DNA of 64,000 nucleotides from the human T2T-CHM13v2.0 reference genome, Homo sapiens. The stretch lies in the NCBI RefSeq assembly GCF_009914755.1, contig NC_060932.1; one strand, given 5' to 3'. A model generated the notes under the pieces. That model was not told where the DNA came from and did not search any database. It saw nothing but the letters and a program-made list of their open reading frames with translations. This document shows, one piece after another, positions 1 through 17,975 of the stretch (the first letter of the stretch is position 1; each line of letters opens with the position of its first letter). A program made the translations under genes and the position numbers.

Positions 1-173
1 AGTAGCTGGGATTACAGGCATGCGCCTCCACACCTGACTAATTTTTGTATTTTTAGTAGAGATGGGGTTTCTCCATGTTGGTCAGGCTGGTCTTGAACTC
101 CTGACCTCAGGTGATCCGCCCGCCTCGGCCTCCCAAAGTGCTGGGATTACAAGAGTGAGCCACTGTGCCCAGC
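1..173 (-). mobile_element. AluS (Sp/Sq-like), cut by window start
   Basis: Antisense Alu left arm: ctcccaaagtgctgggattaca, ggtttctccatgttggtcagg. Confidence 0.9.
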
Positions 174-766
174 GAGGAGTTGTTTCTTGTGGATAAACAA
201 ATAAAATGGTTCTTTCAGATGGCATCTACTCCTGATGAAGATACTGTGCACATTGTTAAAATGACAACAAAGAACTTTGAATATTACAAAAATTTAGTTG
301 ACAAAGGAGTGGGAGAATTGACTGTAATTCTGAAAGATATGCTACTCTGGGGAAAATGCTGTCAAACAGCACTGCAAGCTACAGAGAAGCGTTTTGTGAA
401 AGGAAGAGTCTATCAATGCAGCAAACTTTATTGTTGACTTATTTTAAGAAATTGCCATGGCCATTCCAACTATTACTCCCATCAGTCAGCTGCATCAATA
501 TCAAGGCAAGACCCTCCACCAGCAAAAAGATTGAGCTGCTGAAAGTTCAGATGATTGTTAACATTTTTTAGGAATAAAGTATTTTTAAATTAAGATATGC
601 ACTTTTTAAAAGACAGAATGCTGTTGCATACTTGACTACAGTATAGTGTAAACATAACTTTTATATGCACTGGGAAACCAAAATACTTGTGTGAGTCCCT
701 TACTGGGACATTTGCTTTATTGCAGTGGTCTGGAATGGAACCTATAATATCTGCAAAACATGCCTG
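174..766 (+). mobile_element. Tigger1 DNA transposon 3' fragment
   Basis: Matches Tigger1 3' region (caagaccctccaccagcaaaaagatt; atatgcactgggaaaccaaaa; terminal ...atgcctg). ORF 165-437 is a decayed transposase tail. Confidence 0.8.
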
Positions 767-2662
767 CATCTTGCTTCACATTCTATCATTATTTTCCTAC
801 TGTATGAATGTGCGTAGGAAACACGTTTTGCTGTGTAGAGATAAATTGGTAAAAGAGACTAATTCTACACCTTGGTTTTCCTTTATTATTAGTCCAGCAG
901 GTTTTACACTTTTCTCGAAAATGACATCATATCAAATTTTACTGTCCAGTATTCAATTACCTATCAAGAGTTAATCTCTGAAATGAGAAACCTTGTTAGT
1001 GGACCAAAAGGACTGACCCGTTTTCAATCTTCATTATTTTCACTTTTCCAGACTTGTCTATAAAACAGGTTCTTAGATTTTTTTTTAAAATGTCATTGTC
1101 CGGACAATTGGGCTTTACCAATTTAAAAGTTCCTGTAGGAGTAACTAAAACAGTTTTTTATTTTTTTAAGCAGCATTTTAACACACAGCAACTGGACAAT
1201 GCAGAAAACAGACGAACGGAGGAGGAAATTGTATTTTCCCAGAGCTCTGCTCTACTGCCTTGTGTTTTAAGATCTGGTGCCATATAAAAGATACTTGATG
1301 CTGTAATGATTCATTTATTTGGCATATTTCCAAAATGCATAGAATTTATTTATTTTTTTTAATCACATAAAGTTAAAATGCAAATATTTGACTACTGGGT
1401 GCTCACACATTTCAGGTCTTAAATATGATGCCCTGTCTAATTTGTAGCAATGGAATTTTTCTTCTCTCTGGGACTCCATCAATCTTATTTTTCGTTTCTA
1501 AGAGGAATGGGAAAAAATGAATCTATAAATATCTATGCTTATTTAACACCTTTGGTTTTGATATTGTCATGTACCCTAAAACATTAAAATAGTTCTCAGT
1601 CATCTCTCAAATAGTTTCTAAAATCTGATGGCCCAATGAACTTCTACTTTCTCCTCAATATTTACGTAGTTCCTACCTCTTTTTGCCGTCTTCCTCTGTC
1701 TACGCCATTCCTACTGTTTCTCAAGTTGACAAGTTGAGAAGTGAAGGCTCTAGAAAACAGGCTCAGTTTCCTCTTGAATGAAAACATAAATCAAAGTAAA
1801 GTGCAAATAGGGGAAGGAGATGATGGGACAGTGTATTTAAGGCCTGCTGCCTGATTTTCACTAGACATGCTGCTAGCCTTCTTTTAGCCTTCTTTTAGAT
1901 GTATGTTGATTTCTTCTATTCCTAAGACATGCTGGTGAACACTGTAGTCAATTGAGCATCTTTCGAAAGTCAAAATATGTCTTTTATTTTCCTACAGTCA
2001 AAACATAGAGTTCGATCGTATGCATGATGTAAGCCAAGTAAATCATGTTCACATTAAGTAATAAGGTCTCCTTTCTCCTGATTAATTCTATGTTTATGTC
2101 TTTCAACATATCACGTCAGCACACATGACCTCATTTAATGGCTATGCCTGAGGCTATGAAGGTCGGTCCACATGCTTACATATGGAGAATAATATTGTTG
2201 CATTTCTGTGGAAACTGGCTCCCAGGGACAACTGTGTAGGCAGAGCTGCAGGGGCCTCTGAGCCTATCTTTCAGTCCATGACCTGGCTGCAGATGATGTG
2301 TTTAAAACTCCCAACCTATGAAATTCCCTGCCAGCAAACACCATCAGGTCATAAATGGAGTACAAATTGATTCAAATAACAGAATCAAGAGGCTGCTTGA
2401 GATCTCTAAAGGCCATTTGATGCTGACACAGCTTCTAAGCAGAGTTGTGGCTGCTTCAGACTAATGGGTCCCTGATTTGATTTTAAAACTGTCCAGGAAA
2501 CTAAAAAAAAAAATTGAGAAGGTTATAAGGGTCCCCAGGAAGAATGAAATCTTATATAATTCATGTTGTTTATGATCTACCTCTTTTTTTTTTTTTTACA
2601 GTACCATACTATCAGTTATATAAAATTAACATGTTTTTCTCTTTCAATACTTTTCTCTAAAG

Positions 2663-2849
2663 CAATGGTTCTCAATTCCAGTTGCCCATTAGAGAGATTT
2701 GGAGAGCTTTTAAACAAACAATCCATCAACCGATGCTCAAGCCTCATCTCAATTAAATTAAATCAGAATCTCTTTGTGGACTCTAGCACGGGTATATTTA
2801 AAAATGTGTCCAGGAGATTTTTAATGAGCAGTCAGAGTTGAAATGATTG
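2663..2849. mobile_element. MER5A-type hAT MITE
   Basis: caatggttctcaa start, aaatcagaatctct core, ttgaaatgattg end. Confidence 0.65.
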
Positions 2850-3422
2850 CTTTGTCTTATGGCCCTTGCTGATGGACAGGTGCTTAATCAATAGTATTTT
2901 TGTAAGCTAATGATAGGATAAATATCGTGTTTCTTTTTAAATTTGGAATTGTCGCTTGCATTCTTTTTTGTTTCTCTGCAATCAGTTTTGAAAAAAATAG
3001 CCAGAATGATCGCTATAAAACCAGTCAGTTCACGTTACTTCTCTCACTCAGAATAATTCAACGCCTTCCTATCACCCCAAATCCTGATTTACTGTAGCTG
3101 AGAAGTTGTTGCGATCTGGCCGTGTCCCTAAGACCTCATCTCCTACCACCCACGCAACACTCACGTCACTTTCCTTACCCTGGATTCACAGCTGTTTTCC
3201 AAACTTCCCACATTGAGTCCTTCTGCCGAGGAAACGCCTCCCCTAATCTTCTGATTTTCACAGGCTCACTTCCCCAATTTTTTGAGTTGTCTCTCTTTGC
3301 TCAAATGTCATCTCTGTGCAGGAAACTTCGCTGTCCAAAACAGCCGCCTCCTTTCCATGATTACTCTCCATCCACTCTGATTCACTGCACTTATCAAGAG
3401 AAACGCAATATCCTTTGCAAAC

Positions 3423-4009
<587 letters not shown>

Positions 4010-5173
4010 TTATTCATACAACTTTCTCTGTTTTTCTTTTCTTTTTTTTTTTAAATCCCTAATGAATAAGGTACCAAGTATAAATTAGCCAATTTCAAAT
4101 GCAATTAGTATTTGGACCAATCCTTGTATTTTTCCAATCCTAATGGAAACATACACCTGTATTTTCTTTGGTAGTCAACAATCCTTTCATCGATAAAATC
4201 TAGACCAGTTATTATTCTCTATTACTTTGGAGATTTAGAGCAAATCTGACATCAAAGGACCACAACTAGTTGGTCGAGACTTCCACAGAGAAGCATTATG
4301 TCTCCTTCTGAGCCCTGTGAACTACCAGCTTCCAGAAAACCCTCGCTGCCTATATTTCCTAAACCTGCTCACCATAGGAAAGAATGGCTTCCTTCACTAC
4401 TCATCTGTGATGAGAAACCTTTTGATAGTTTTAAACACAATCGCCTCACAGAAGTGAAATTTTTTTTTCTGATCGTCATCAGTTTTTTCAGCTTATCCTT
4501 AGAGCATCTTCCCAGCAGAAGAATGAAATGACCATAAAAATAGTTAAGTGTTCCTCAAAGCCTATTCACTGAACATTCAATCTGTGAGACGGTAATAGGT
4601 ATTAGGAGGGGAAAAAGTCTTCTGGTCAAATACATTTGGGAAATACTAGTTTCTTTACTGCAGGATTTTCAGGACATTCATACTTTCTTTATTACGAATT
4701 TTCGATAAGGAGATAGAGTACGCATAGGTTTCTCATTTCGATCATAGAAGCCTGTTTTATTTGCGGTGTATCTTGTAGAAATAGGGTTCTATGAAATCCA
4801 TGTTGAGAGAAACAATGAAATCCTATGCCCTCTAAAAGTGATTTAATGGTCTCTGGAGACTTCATTGGTATTGTATTACCAAGTTTCACAAATGCTACTA
4901 ATACAAGCTGCTTTTATTATTATTATTTGAAAACATGTTAACAAACATAAATAGACATAGAGTTTGCGTATAAAAATCTCAAATTTCCTGTCCCAGCTCT
5001 CCTTTATTAGCTACATGTGTCAATGAAATGTCTAGAAAGAGTGACATTGCTTTTATGTATTTAAAATTTTGGTAAAGATATGAAGATATTTTGCTCTTTT
5101 TTTTTTTCTGAGATGAAACATCCAATTCTCTTTCTATGTAACATAGGAATATTTCAGAGTAGGCCATGGTAGT

Positions 5174-5514
5174 TGATATGGTTTGGCTGTGTCACCACCC
5201 AAATCTCAACTTGAATTATTTCTCCCAGAACTCCCATGTATGGAGGGATCTAGGGGGAGGTAATTGAATCATGGCGGACAGTCTTTCCCCTGCTATTCTT
5301 GTGAAAGTGAATAAGTCTCACGAGATCTGAAGGGTTTATCAGGGGATTCTGCATTTGCTTCTTCCTCATGTTCTCTTGCTGCTGCCACGTAAGAAGTGCC
5401 TTTTGCTTCCCGCCGTGATTCTGAGGCCTCTCCAGCCATGTGGAACTGTAAATCCAATTAAACCTCCTCTTCTTCCCGGTCTCGTGTGTGTCTTTATCAG
5501 CAGCATGAAAACGG
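5174..5514 (+). mobile_element. THE1 (A/B-like) MaLR solo LTR, last ~9 bp missing
   Basis: tgatatggtttggctgtgtc start; gtgaataagtctcacgagatctga; tgattctgaggcctctccagccatgtggaactgt. Confidence 0.88.
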
Positions 5515-5677
5515 TGCTATTTTCATGAGCACTGCTTTATTCACACTTTCTTGGATAGCAAACTTTAATAATGATATGTGATTTTAACAGCCAAACAGTT
5601 CAAATTTGTAATATAACCTGGGATAATTCTACCAAACTACCACTACGAAGAATTTCATTCATCATCAATACATTTAA

Positions 5678-7920
<2,243 letters not shown>

Positions 7921-7936
7921 AAAACTGCCCAAATGA

Positions 7937-8245
7937 GGCCGGGCATGGTGGCTCACGCCTGTAATCCCAGCACTTTGGGAGGCCAAGGCAGGAGGATCAT
8001 AAGGTCAGGAGATCGAGACCATCCTGGCTAACATGGTGAAACCCCGTCTCTACTAAATATACAAAAAATTAGCCGGGCATGGTGGCGGATGCCTGTAGTC
8101 CCAGCTACTTGAGAGGCTGAGGCAGGAGAATGGCATGAACCCAGAGGCGGAGCTTGCAGTGAGCCAAGATCGCGCCACTGCACTCCAGCCTAGGCAACAC
8201 AGCGAGACTCCGTCTCAAAAAAAAAAAAAAAAAAGAAAAAGAAAA
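7937..8245 (+). mobile_element. AluY
   Basis: Diagnostics accatcctggctaac, agaatggc, ggagcttgcag. Confidence 0.88.
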
Positions 8246-8668
8246 AAACAGAAAGAAAAATAATTAGGGAAGCATTATGCTACACGCAGGCAAATAGATT
8301 TCTCTGTTACAATACTTTCCCCAGGCTTTTCATGATAAGTAGCATAATGAATATCCAAAAACACAGAGGTTATATTGAATTTTTATGGCATGTCTTTGCT
8401 ATTAGGCGGCTGTGTTCCTAAAACAAACGTCACATGTTTGGCGTTTCTCCCTATCCCTATTATCCAGGATTTACTGACATTATTTAGGTACACAGTTAGC
8501 CAGCAATATCCTGAAGCTATCTGAAATCCACAAAGCATTGTATGAATCATGGCCATGATGTAAATAAAACAATATCTTAAACTCTAAGTGAAAATATTCT
8601 TCTCAAAAAGTAAAGCAAAAATATTTCAGAATCATAAGCTCAGAGGATAAGTTTAGAATTCCTGGTTT

Positions 8669-9018
8669 GTTTTTTTTTGTAAATTTGCTTGAGTTCTTTG
8701 TAGGTTCTGTATATTAGCCCTTTGTCAGATGGGTAGATTGCAAAAGTTTTCTCCCATTGACAGACAACCAAATACCTCATGTTCTCACTCATAGGTGGGA
8801 GTTGAACAATGAGAACACTTGGACACAGGGTGGGGAACATCACACACTGGGGCCTGACCGGTGGTGCGGGTTGGGGGAGGGATAGCATTAGGAGAAATAC
8901 CTAATGTAGATGACAAGTTGATGGGTGCAGCAAACCAACATGACACATGTATACCTATGTAACAAACCTGCACATTATGCACATGTACTCTAGAACTTAA
9001 CGTTTAATAATAAAAAAA
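8669..9018 (+). mobile_element. Short L1PA (about PA6-PA7) with 5' inversion
   Basis: 8669-8758 antisense ORF2; 8759-9018 sense 3'UTR plus A-tail; TSD agaattcctggttt at 8655-8668 / 9019-9032. Confidence 0.92.
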
Positions 9019-9509
9019 AGAATTCCTGGTTTTAAGAAGGTCACATTAAATGAGTGACAAAGAGAAGTTTTCAGTGATCGAAGTGGCAAGTTTAGGTGCA
9101 TTCTACACTACGAAAGGAACAAAGAACATTAGTATAATTTTAAAAAATCTTTAATTATATTTGAGACCAAAATAATATTGAATTTTTAAATATAGGCTAC
9201 AGTACTACTCTTTTCCCAAATTTATCTTGACACAGTTATTTTTCATACAAAATATTATCACACTGTGCTGTTTTTTAACATTACAAGAATAGAAGCAAAT
9301 ATCATTCCATGTTAGAAGAGATTCAGGATGATGATTTTTAGTATTTAGTGACTATAATCGTTCAAGGAAATTTTTTATGCAATTTGAAAAATAGTCATTT
9401 TGTTTCATTTCACTGACTCCACAAATTACACAAAAAAGTGTAAGTGTTAAAACGTTCATGTATGAAGAAGTCATGTATTCTTCAAAGTTCATTTTTGAAT
9501 GAATGAAGA

Positions 9510-9730
9510 TGTAGGAAAGAAAGGGAGGGAAGGAGAGAACGAAAAAGGCAGGATGATAGCAGACAAGGGAAAGGTAGGAGAGACAGAGATTGAGAGAAGG
9601 GAAGGAGAGAGGGAAGCAGAGAGACACAGCAGGGGAGAGAGAGGGGAAGAGAGTGAGAAAGAGAAAGTGTGTGACAAAGAGGGCGAAAGGAAGAGAGCAC
9701 AGAGGGAGGAAGGGAGAGAGAAAGAGAAAA
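9510..9730 (+). repeat. GA-rich low-complexity purine tract
   Basis: Strongly A/G-biased tract. Confidence 0.8.
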
Positions 9731-11092
9731 AGTTTATGGTTTTATGGTTGGATCTTATTGCATGCTCTTGGTGTCTCAATTTCTGTTCAAAAGTCAGTGG
9801 GCAGTTGGCCACAGATGGCTGTTATTCATCACATCTTTAACCAGGGAACAGAAAGCAGAATTGTTTTGGAGGAGATGTGGGAGGATAAACGAATGATCTG
9901 AGGAAGGAAGCAGGAAACTCTAGGCACTAACAAACAGAAGTCTGTACTTCAGAGAGAAAAGCACAGATACATAGTTTAAATCCTCACAGGGCTTATAAGT
10001 CAGAGAATGGAACAACAGCTTCAGAGCCTGTAGTGTCCAACATTCTACCCTCAACTCAAAGGTATATGCATAGGCACAAGGTAAGGAACCACCAATGATT
10101 AAAGCTGTCAATTAGAATAATCAAAAAGAGCAGAGCACTTGGTCAATTCCAGAAAAGCCACAGTAATGAGTGAGGACAAAATTAGTATCTATGACAGACC
10201 AGTGACTATAGACTTAACTGAACTTTATTATAGGGAGGCCGAAGTTTTTGAGTGATATCATCCTACCCTGAAGTACAACAGCTGTAGGAGAAAGAAAAAC
10301 AAAACAAAAGTAACCCAGACATCTCTCTTCTTTCCAGGTTATTAGCTTAAAACCTGAAGAATCTGCATACTTAGCACCTGAAATTTCTCCAAGGAGCCAA
10401 AGTTAAGCATATCTATGTGCTATTGAGAGATACAAAGAAATAGACATTTTAGACCCTTGGGCCCAAATCTAGTATACTTCATCTTTAAGGAAAAAACTTC
10501 GATAACCCTAAGAAAGGGGCAAGGGAATGGTTTAAGTCCTTACTTGGTCATACAGTTGTTGACTGAAATAGTGATCAGCTCACGGGCAAAATCCTTTCTA
10601 TACACGGTTGCTACCTGAACAGTGTGGTCAGAGATTTAGTAACATATCAATTACGTTTCAGAAAAATCACATCAAGACAAAGAACTCTCCCCCCCTCTGT
10701 GTTCCTTTGTTTAACTAGATCATATAATTTCCAGAAAACAAAGAACTTTTGACTTTGCTCATCAGGCTCTTATGGTATCACTCAGGCAACATCCCTTGGG
10801 GATGGAAAGTATATGATATAATGTCTTTTAGCAAAATTGTCGCAAAATTTACCTCGTGTAATATACTACTTTGGGGCATTTAAAGAAGTCTATTCTTGTT
10901 CTTTCTCTGCCATTTTCAAATTGTGATAAATGTAAACAACACTCATTTCTTGTTTTCATCTTTTGAGTTCCACAGACCTTTCTCACTGAGCAAGACTGTT
11001 ATTGCAGACATGGGCCTGGGCTTGTTATTTAGTCATGACTAAGTTTTAAATCATCATACACTGGAGCCAGTGAACTTTGGCTTTGTGTACAT

Positions 11093-11600
<508 letters not shown>

Positions 11601-12905
11601 TTATGTTTCTTGTGATTTTTAAAAATTTCTCTAAACTTTCCCTGTGTGTAGAGCTCTAAAGCCTTCATTGCATTAGCTAACATGTATGCTATGAGTCTCC
11701 ATTTATTAACAGCTTGTTTTCCAAATGTTGATTTTTGGAATGAGAATATAGTTAATTTTTCTATGGTTACAAAATGTTTACCTTGGCAGTCTACTCATTT
11801 CCCTTACTGAGATTAAAATATATGCTGATTTTTACTAAATATTTTTTGTGTGTTCACTGTTAATATTACATAATTCTTATATTTTCTTATTAAGGCATAC
11901 GATTTATGACACTAACCTTTTGCGTGACATTGAGTAATACCTATTTGGCATGAACCAGGTTTTGTTCAGGCAAATATGTGGCTGTGGGGACTTGCTTTGC
12001 CACACATTATCAAATATTTTATTGTTATTAACCAGATTCACTCAGCTAGTAAGTAAGGAAGATGGGATTTTTGTTCAGCCTCTCTGCCTCTAGAGCTTTG
12101 TACTTATCTACATCTCAATACTATTTTAGAAAAGAAAAAAACGTTCATTAGATATTAGGTCTTTAGTTCTTCTAGGTAATAAACGTTATAACAAAATATT
12201 TCTGAAAAGATTTTGTCAGCTTGGGTTTACAAAGAGGGTAGGTGAAGATTAAATGTACAAGATCATATAAGAAAACATTTTTCTAATATTTGCTTCTATG
12301 CTGGAGTATGAGGTGTTATTAGTGTTGTTCTTTATTTTTATTGTTTGTTCTTTGTGTTTTTTTTCCTACCAGATTAGCTAAATTAGTTTTCCTGAGTTTT
12401 TGAGACTGTTTTGCAAACTGTTCTCAAACATAAAAATACCCTGTCTCTAAATTTAACATTTTTAGGAAACAAATATGCCCATTCAATGAGGCTCTGAAAA
12501 ATTTAGGATGGCGTGTGTGTGAAAATCCTCCTGAAATCTGTCCACAGTACAACAAAATCTCTGAAACACCCAAGGCCTAGAATATTTGGAAGCATGGATA
12601 ACTAAATGTTAATGACTTTACTATGCTGAAGAGTATAATTTTTGAGTGTACTATAACTCATCTTGGAAACTACTTGTAGTCAAGTTGGGCAACATCGGTG
12701 ATTATGGCTGGGAAAGCGTCTCTCCAGGTGACTCACTGCCATTTGTTCTGTTCATGGGATGTCCCTGTGCGTATCTGCTTACACTCACATGGAAAAAAGG
12801 TTGGGAATGAATCATGAAACCCTGGAATAGAAGTATATATTCGAGCAATAGTCATGGGATTTCCCAGGACTGAAAGAATATCTTCTTTGCTGTATCTTTT
12901 AAAAT

Positions 12906-13221
12906 TTCTTCTTCTTCTTCTTCTTCTTCTTCTTTTTTTTTTTTGAGACAGGGTCTCGCTCTGTCACCCAGGCTGGAGTGCAGTGGTGCAATCTTGGCCC
13001 ACTGCAACCTCCACCTCCTGGTTCAAGTGATCCTCCTGCCTCAACCTCTCAAGTAGCTGGGACTACAGGTGTGCGCCACCACACCCGGCTAATTTTTGTA
13101 TTTTTAGTAGAGATGAGATTTTGCCATGTTGGCCAGGCTGATCTCAAACTCCTGACCTCAGGTGATCCACCTCAGCTTCCCAAAGTGCTGGGATTACAGG
13201 CGTGAGCCACCGCACCCAGCC
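12906..13221 (-). mobile_element. AluS with (GAA)9 in its tail
   Basis: (TTC)9 at 12906-12932 then poly-T and antisense Alu; TSD taaaatttctt. Confidence 0.9.
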
Positions 13222-14076
13222 TCCTAAAATTTCTTTTAAGAATAGTGTCTACATTATCCTTTTTAAAATTAATTCCATGTTTCTCCTTTCTCCATAGTGT
13301 TCAGTGCTTAATTTTGCCTTTTAATTTCAGAAAGAATCTTTTAGAACAGTTTTTGCACAGATTAGGTCATTTCTAATATACGGCCACAAATGTGTTATAC
13401 ACTAGCAGATTTCACAGCAAGGAAACACCAGTTTTCGGGATCATTTTCTGGCAGTTTCAGGAGGTTTTGGAGCATCTGTTCTTTCCCGCTATGGGTTTTT
13501 TTAGACATTTTTGTTTAGAGAACAGGAGAAACTCTGTCAGCTGATGCCTGTTTTCAGGCATTTCATGGATTACTGAAAAAAACAATTTAATGAGCATATT
13601 ATATACCTTACAAGCCACAATCATTCCAGAGGTTAACCTTATGAAGCAATTAAGAAAAATCATCCTAGTATTGTGAAACGACCTAGATTCAAAGATCGCT
13701 GGGCTTGACAAAGACCCTTTTTATGTAGAAAGCTAAATATATTGTTGGACTTGAGTAAATAATAGTCTTTGGAGATGTGGAGATTGGCACACAGCTCAGC
13801 TGCCATAGAGTTGATATAATAGAGAGAAATGGAGGGAACATTTGTCTTTGAAACAAGAAGGAGGCAAGGTCATTTTGGAAAGTGTGGGGCAATATTTCCC
13901 AGCGTCAAATGAGGGATAATTACCTCTTTCAAAGAGGAGATTGTGTTATGTTTGTTTTAACCCAGAAAGTGCAATTTGCAAACTTTTATCTATTATGTAC
14001 TGGCTATAGGATGCATCATTGGCAAACACAAGACAGGATTTAGGAACCTGACACAGGTGGAAAGAATCCTATTTCC

Positions 14077-14360
14077 CCATCATTCTCAGCAAACTATCGC
14101 AAGGACAAAAAACCAAACACTGCATGTTCTCACTCATAGGTGGGAATAGAACAATGAGAACACTTGGACACGGGAAGGGGAATATCACACACCGGGGCCT
14201 GTTGTGGGGTGGGGGGATGGGGGAGGGATAGCATTAGGAGATATAACTCATGTAAATGACAAGTTAATGGGTACAGCACACCAACATGGCACATCTGTAC
14301 ATATGTAACTAACCTGCACATTGTGCACATGTACCCTAAAACTTAAAGTATAATAAAAAA
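14077..14360 (+). mobile_element. L1PA 3'-end fragment (about PA4-PA5)
   Basis: ccatcattctcagcaaactatcgcaagg...aaacttaaagtataataaaa; degenerate TSD aatcctatttcc / aatcctgtgtttcc. Confidence 0.92.
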
Positions 14361-14588
14361 AATCCTGTGTTTCCATTTTGCATCTTGGTGGCAGGCTGTG
14401 ATGCAATGTGAAGAAAAATCAAAATCTGTATCAAGAACACAGCAGTGGGGTTCTTATCTAATTGAGGAAAATTTTCAATTAGGTGATAGCTATAACTTTA
14501 TAATACTAGATTACAGGCTTCCCCAACTCTGTATTATTGTGGCAGTCAGTTATAGTATGCACCATTAAAATTGCCAGTTTTTAGCTCC

Positions 14589-14686
14589 TTATTTAGTAAA
14601 ATAAATCATTTTACTAAAATAAATCAAATTAAGTAAAATAAATCATTATTTAGTAAAATAAATTTATTGAGTAAAATAGATCATAA
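14589..14686. repeat. AT-rich minisatellite, ~5 copies of ~19-20 bp (tagtaaaataaatcatt)
   Basis: Repeated gtaaaataaat core. Confidence 0.75.
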
Positions 14687-14708
14687 TTATTTTAAAGAAC
14701 CAAGGAGA

Positions 14709-15014
14709 GGCCAGGCATGGTGGCCTGGGTGGTAATCACAGCACTTTGGGGGGCTGAGGCAGGTGGATCACCTGAGGTCAGGAGTTCGAGACCAGTCTGG
14801 CCAACATGGTGAAACGCTGTCTCTACTAAAAATATAAAAATTAGCTGGGCATGGTGGCGGGTGACTGTAATCCTAGCTACTCAGGAAGCTGAGGCACGAG
14901 AATCACTTGAACCCGGAAGGTGGAGGTTTCAGTGAGCCAAGATAGTGCCACTGCACTCCAGCCTGGGCAACAGAGTGAGACTGTCTCAAAAAAAAAAAAA
15001 AAAAAAAAAAAAAA
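14709..15014 (+). mobile_element. AluSx-like
   Basis: Full dimer with A-tail. Confidence 0.92.
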
Positions 15015-15297
15015 GGCCGAAGAGAAATTCTGCAGTTACACCTTTTTAAAATTAGGGGTAGTCAAACTTAGAAAGCTTATTTTGAAAACAATATTTGAAT
15101 TTGAAAACTATATTTTTACTTGAAATTGTATTCTTTATTTTCTCAACTTTTTAATTTTGTTAGAATATAACTTAATGATATTTTGATGACTTCATATTTT
15201 AAGAGTGAAAAGTTTTCATGAATAAGTCTTGCAAAATTAACAGCCATCAACATAGTTCTCCAAATCAAATTGTCATCCCAATGAAAATAAAGATAGA

Positions 15298-15744
<447 letters not shown>

Positions 15745-15767
15745 TTAAAGTCATTTATTGACTATTT

Positions 15768-16557
15768 AAAAAATTTTTTAACTGTTAATTTTTGTGTATA
15801 CATAGTAGGTGTATATATTTATGAGGTACATGAGATATTTTGGTACAGGCATGCAATGCTTCTTAATCACATACTGGAAAATTGGGCGTCCATTCCCTCA
15901 CGCATCTACCCTTTGTGTAATAGACAATCCAATTACACTCTTTTAGTTATTTTAAAATGTACAATTAAATTATTATTGACTGTAGTCTCCCTGTTGTGCT
16001 ATGAAATAGTAGGTCTTATTCATTCTATTTTTTATACTCCTTAACCATCCCCACAGTCCCCCACCCTGATGTTACCCTTCCCAGCCTCTGGTAACCAGCC
16101 TCCTACACTCTATGTCCATGAATTCGATGGCTTTGATTTTCAGATCTGACAAATAAGTGAGAACATGTAATGCTTGTCTTTCTGTGCCTGGCTTATTTCA
16201 CTTAACATAATAGCCTCCAGTTCCATCCATGTTGAAAATGACAGGATCACATTCTTTTTTTAAATGGCTGAATAGTACTCCATTGTGTATATGGGGCACA
16301 TGTTCTTTATTCATTCATGTGTTGATGGACACTTAGGTTGCTTCCAAATCTTGATCATTGTGAACAGTGCTGCAACAAATATGGGATTGCAGATATCTGT
16401 TTGATACATTAATTTCTTTTTTTGGGAGGGTATATACCCAGCAGTAGGATTGCTGGATCATATGGTAGCTCTGTTTTTAGTTTTTTGAGGAACTTCCAAA
16501 CTGTTCTCCATAGTGGTTGTACTAATTTCCATGAACACCAACAGAGTACGAGGGTTC
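15768..16557 (-). mobile_element. L1MA (about MA2/MA3) 3' fragment
   Basis: Antisense L1MA 3'UTR and ORF2 end; TSD tattgactattt (15756-15767) / tattggctattt (16558-16569). Confidence 0.85.
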
Positions 16558-17941
16558 TATTGGCTATTTTTTTAAATCAGACTTTATTGCCGTTAAGTCT
16601 GGCTTGTTTTAGCTGCATTTGACATCCAATTTTATTTGAGAGATAGTCTTTTAAAATCTTATATAAAAGGTGCAATAAAACTAGCAACACTTGAAGAGTT
16701 ATCTAATGAAAAATATTTGTTAATTTAATAATTAAAATAAATAAAAATTATTTTATAATTATATATATCTTTATGAATATGCATTAAAATAAACATGTAT
16801 AAAAACTAACATTTTTAAGAATTGTACTCAATCAGCTTATATCTATACTTGCCTATAGCTCCACTGACCTCAATAGTTACATCTATTGTATAAATTAAAC
16901 ATCACACAGTGAGAGTAAAAAAGTTACTCAATTTATGTTATCCTATCTATGGATAGAGGAGAGACTGAAACAATTTCTGCTTTACATCAAAATATTCAGA
17001 TAGCCTCATGCCCAAATCTATAATGAGATTGCTATAACTAAGAAGGTATTTACTTTTCAACCATTTGCTAAAGTGATAGGTACAAATAACTATCATAGAA
17101 CTATCAGAAGAAAATAGAGTGGCTAATGGAAAGTATTGCTTTGGTTTCTGACTTGAGCTCCTTCAGTACATTATGATGATCTCAGATGGTCTTAGAATTA
17201 AAATATGTTTTTGCTGGTACCTCACATATAGCAAAAATATTAACCAAAACTTGCAATTTTGCTACCCCCCTGATTAATCCAAACCATGCTGATCTCACTT
17301 GATGAAATTTTTAGTTTCAGGGTTAGTTTAAGCATACAATCATACACGCTTGGTCATTTTGGGACTGTTGACTTTCCACGAGGGGATACTCTAACATCAA
17401 AATATTCTAACATGCCCTTGTTTGCTCAGCTACCTCCACAGCTGTGCTGGCTCTAATTTCCGGATGAGAATGGCCATGATATGAGTAATTGTAATTAAAT
17501 AACAATAGTAGCTCACAGTTTCTTGTTGTTGTTGTTGTTTTAATCTTTCAGAATGAGTTCATAGTCACAACCTCACTTTTTCCTCACAAAACCCTATCAG
17601 GCAATTTAATCCTCATTTTATAGAAGAAATGAGAAATAGGTAAGTGACTGGCCCAAGACAGAATGAGCATCTTCAGCATTTTCATCAGGATCAAAAAAAT
17701 AAAATATTCTAAAAATATATAATTATTCTAAAAAATTCTAAAAATATATATTTACAAAATTAAAGAAGAATGTAATGTAATGATATATAAGCAAGCATTA
17801 AGAAGACTAAAGATTCATTTTATCAAAAAATTAATAAAGCGGCAAGTCATTTATAGATATTCCTTAGGAGGTGTTTTTGGTAATAATTATTAAAATAGAG
17901 AAATTCATTAGATGTTTACTAAAAGAATAAGATGGCCCAGG

Positions 17942-17975
<34 letters not shown>

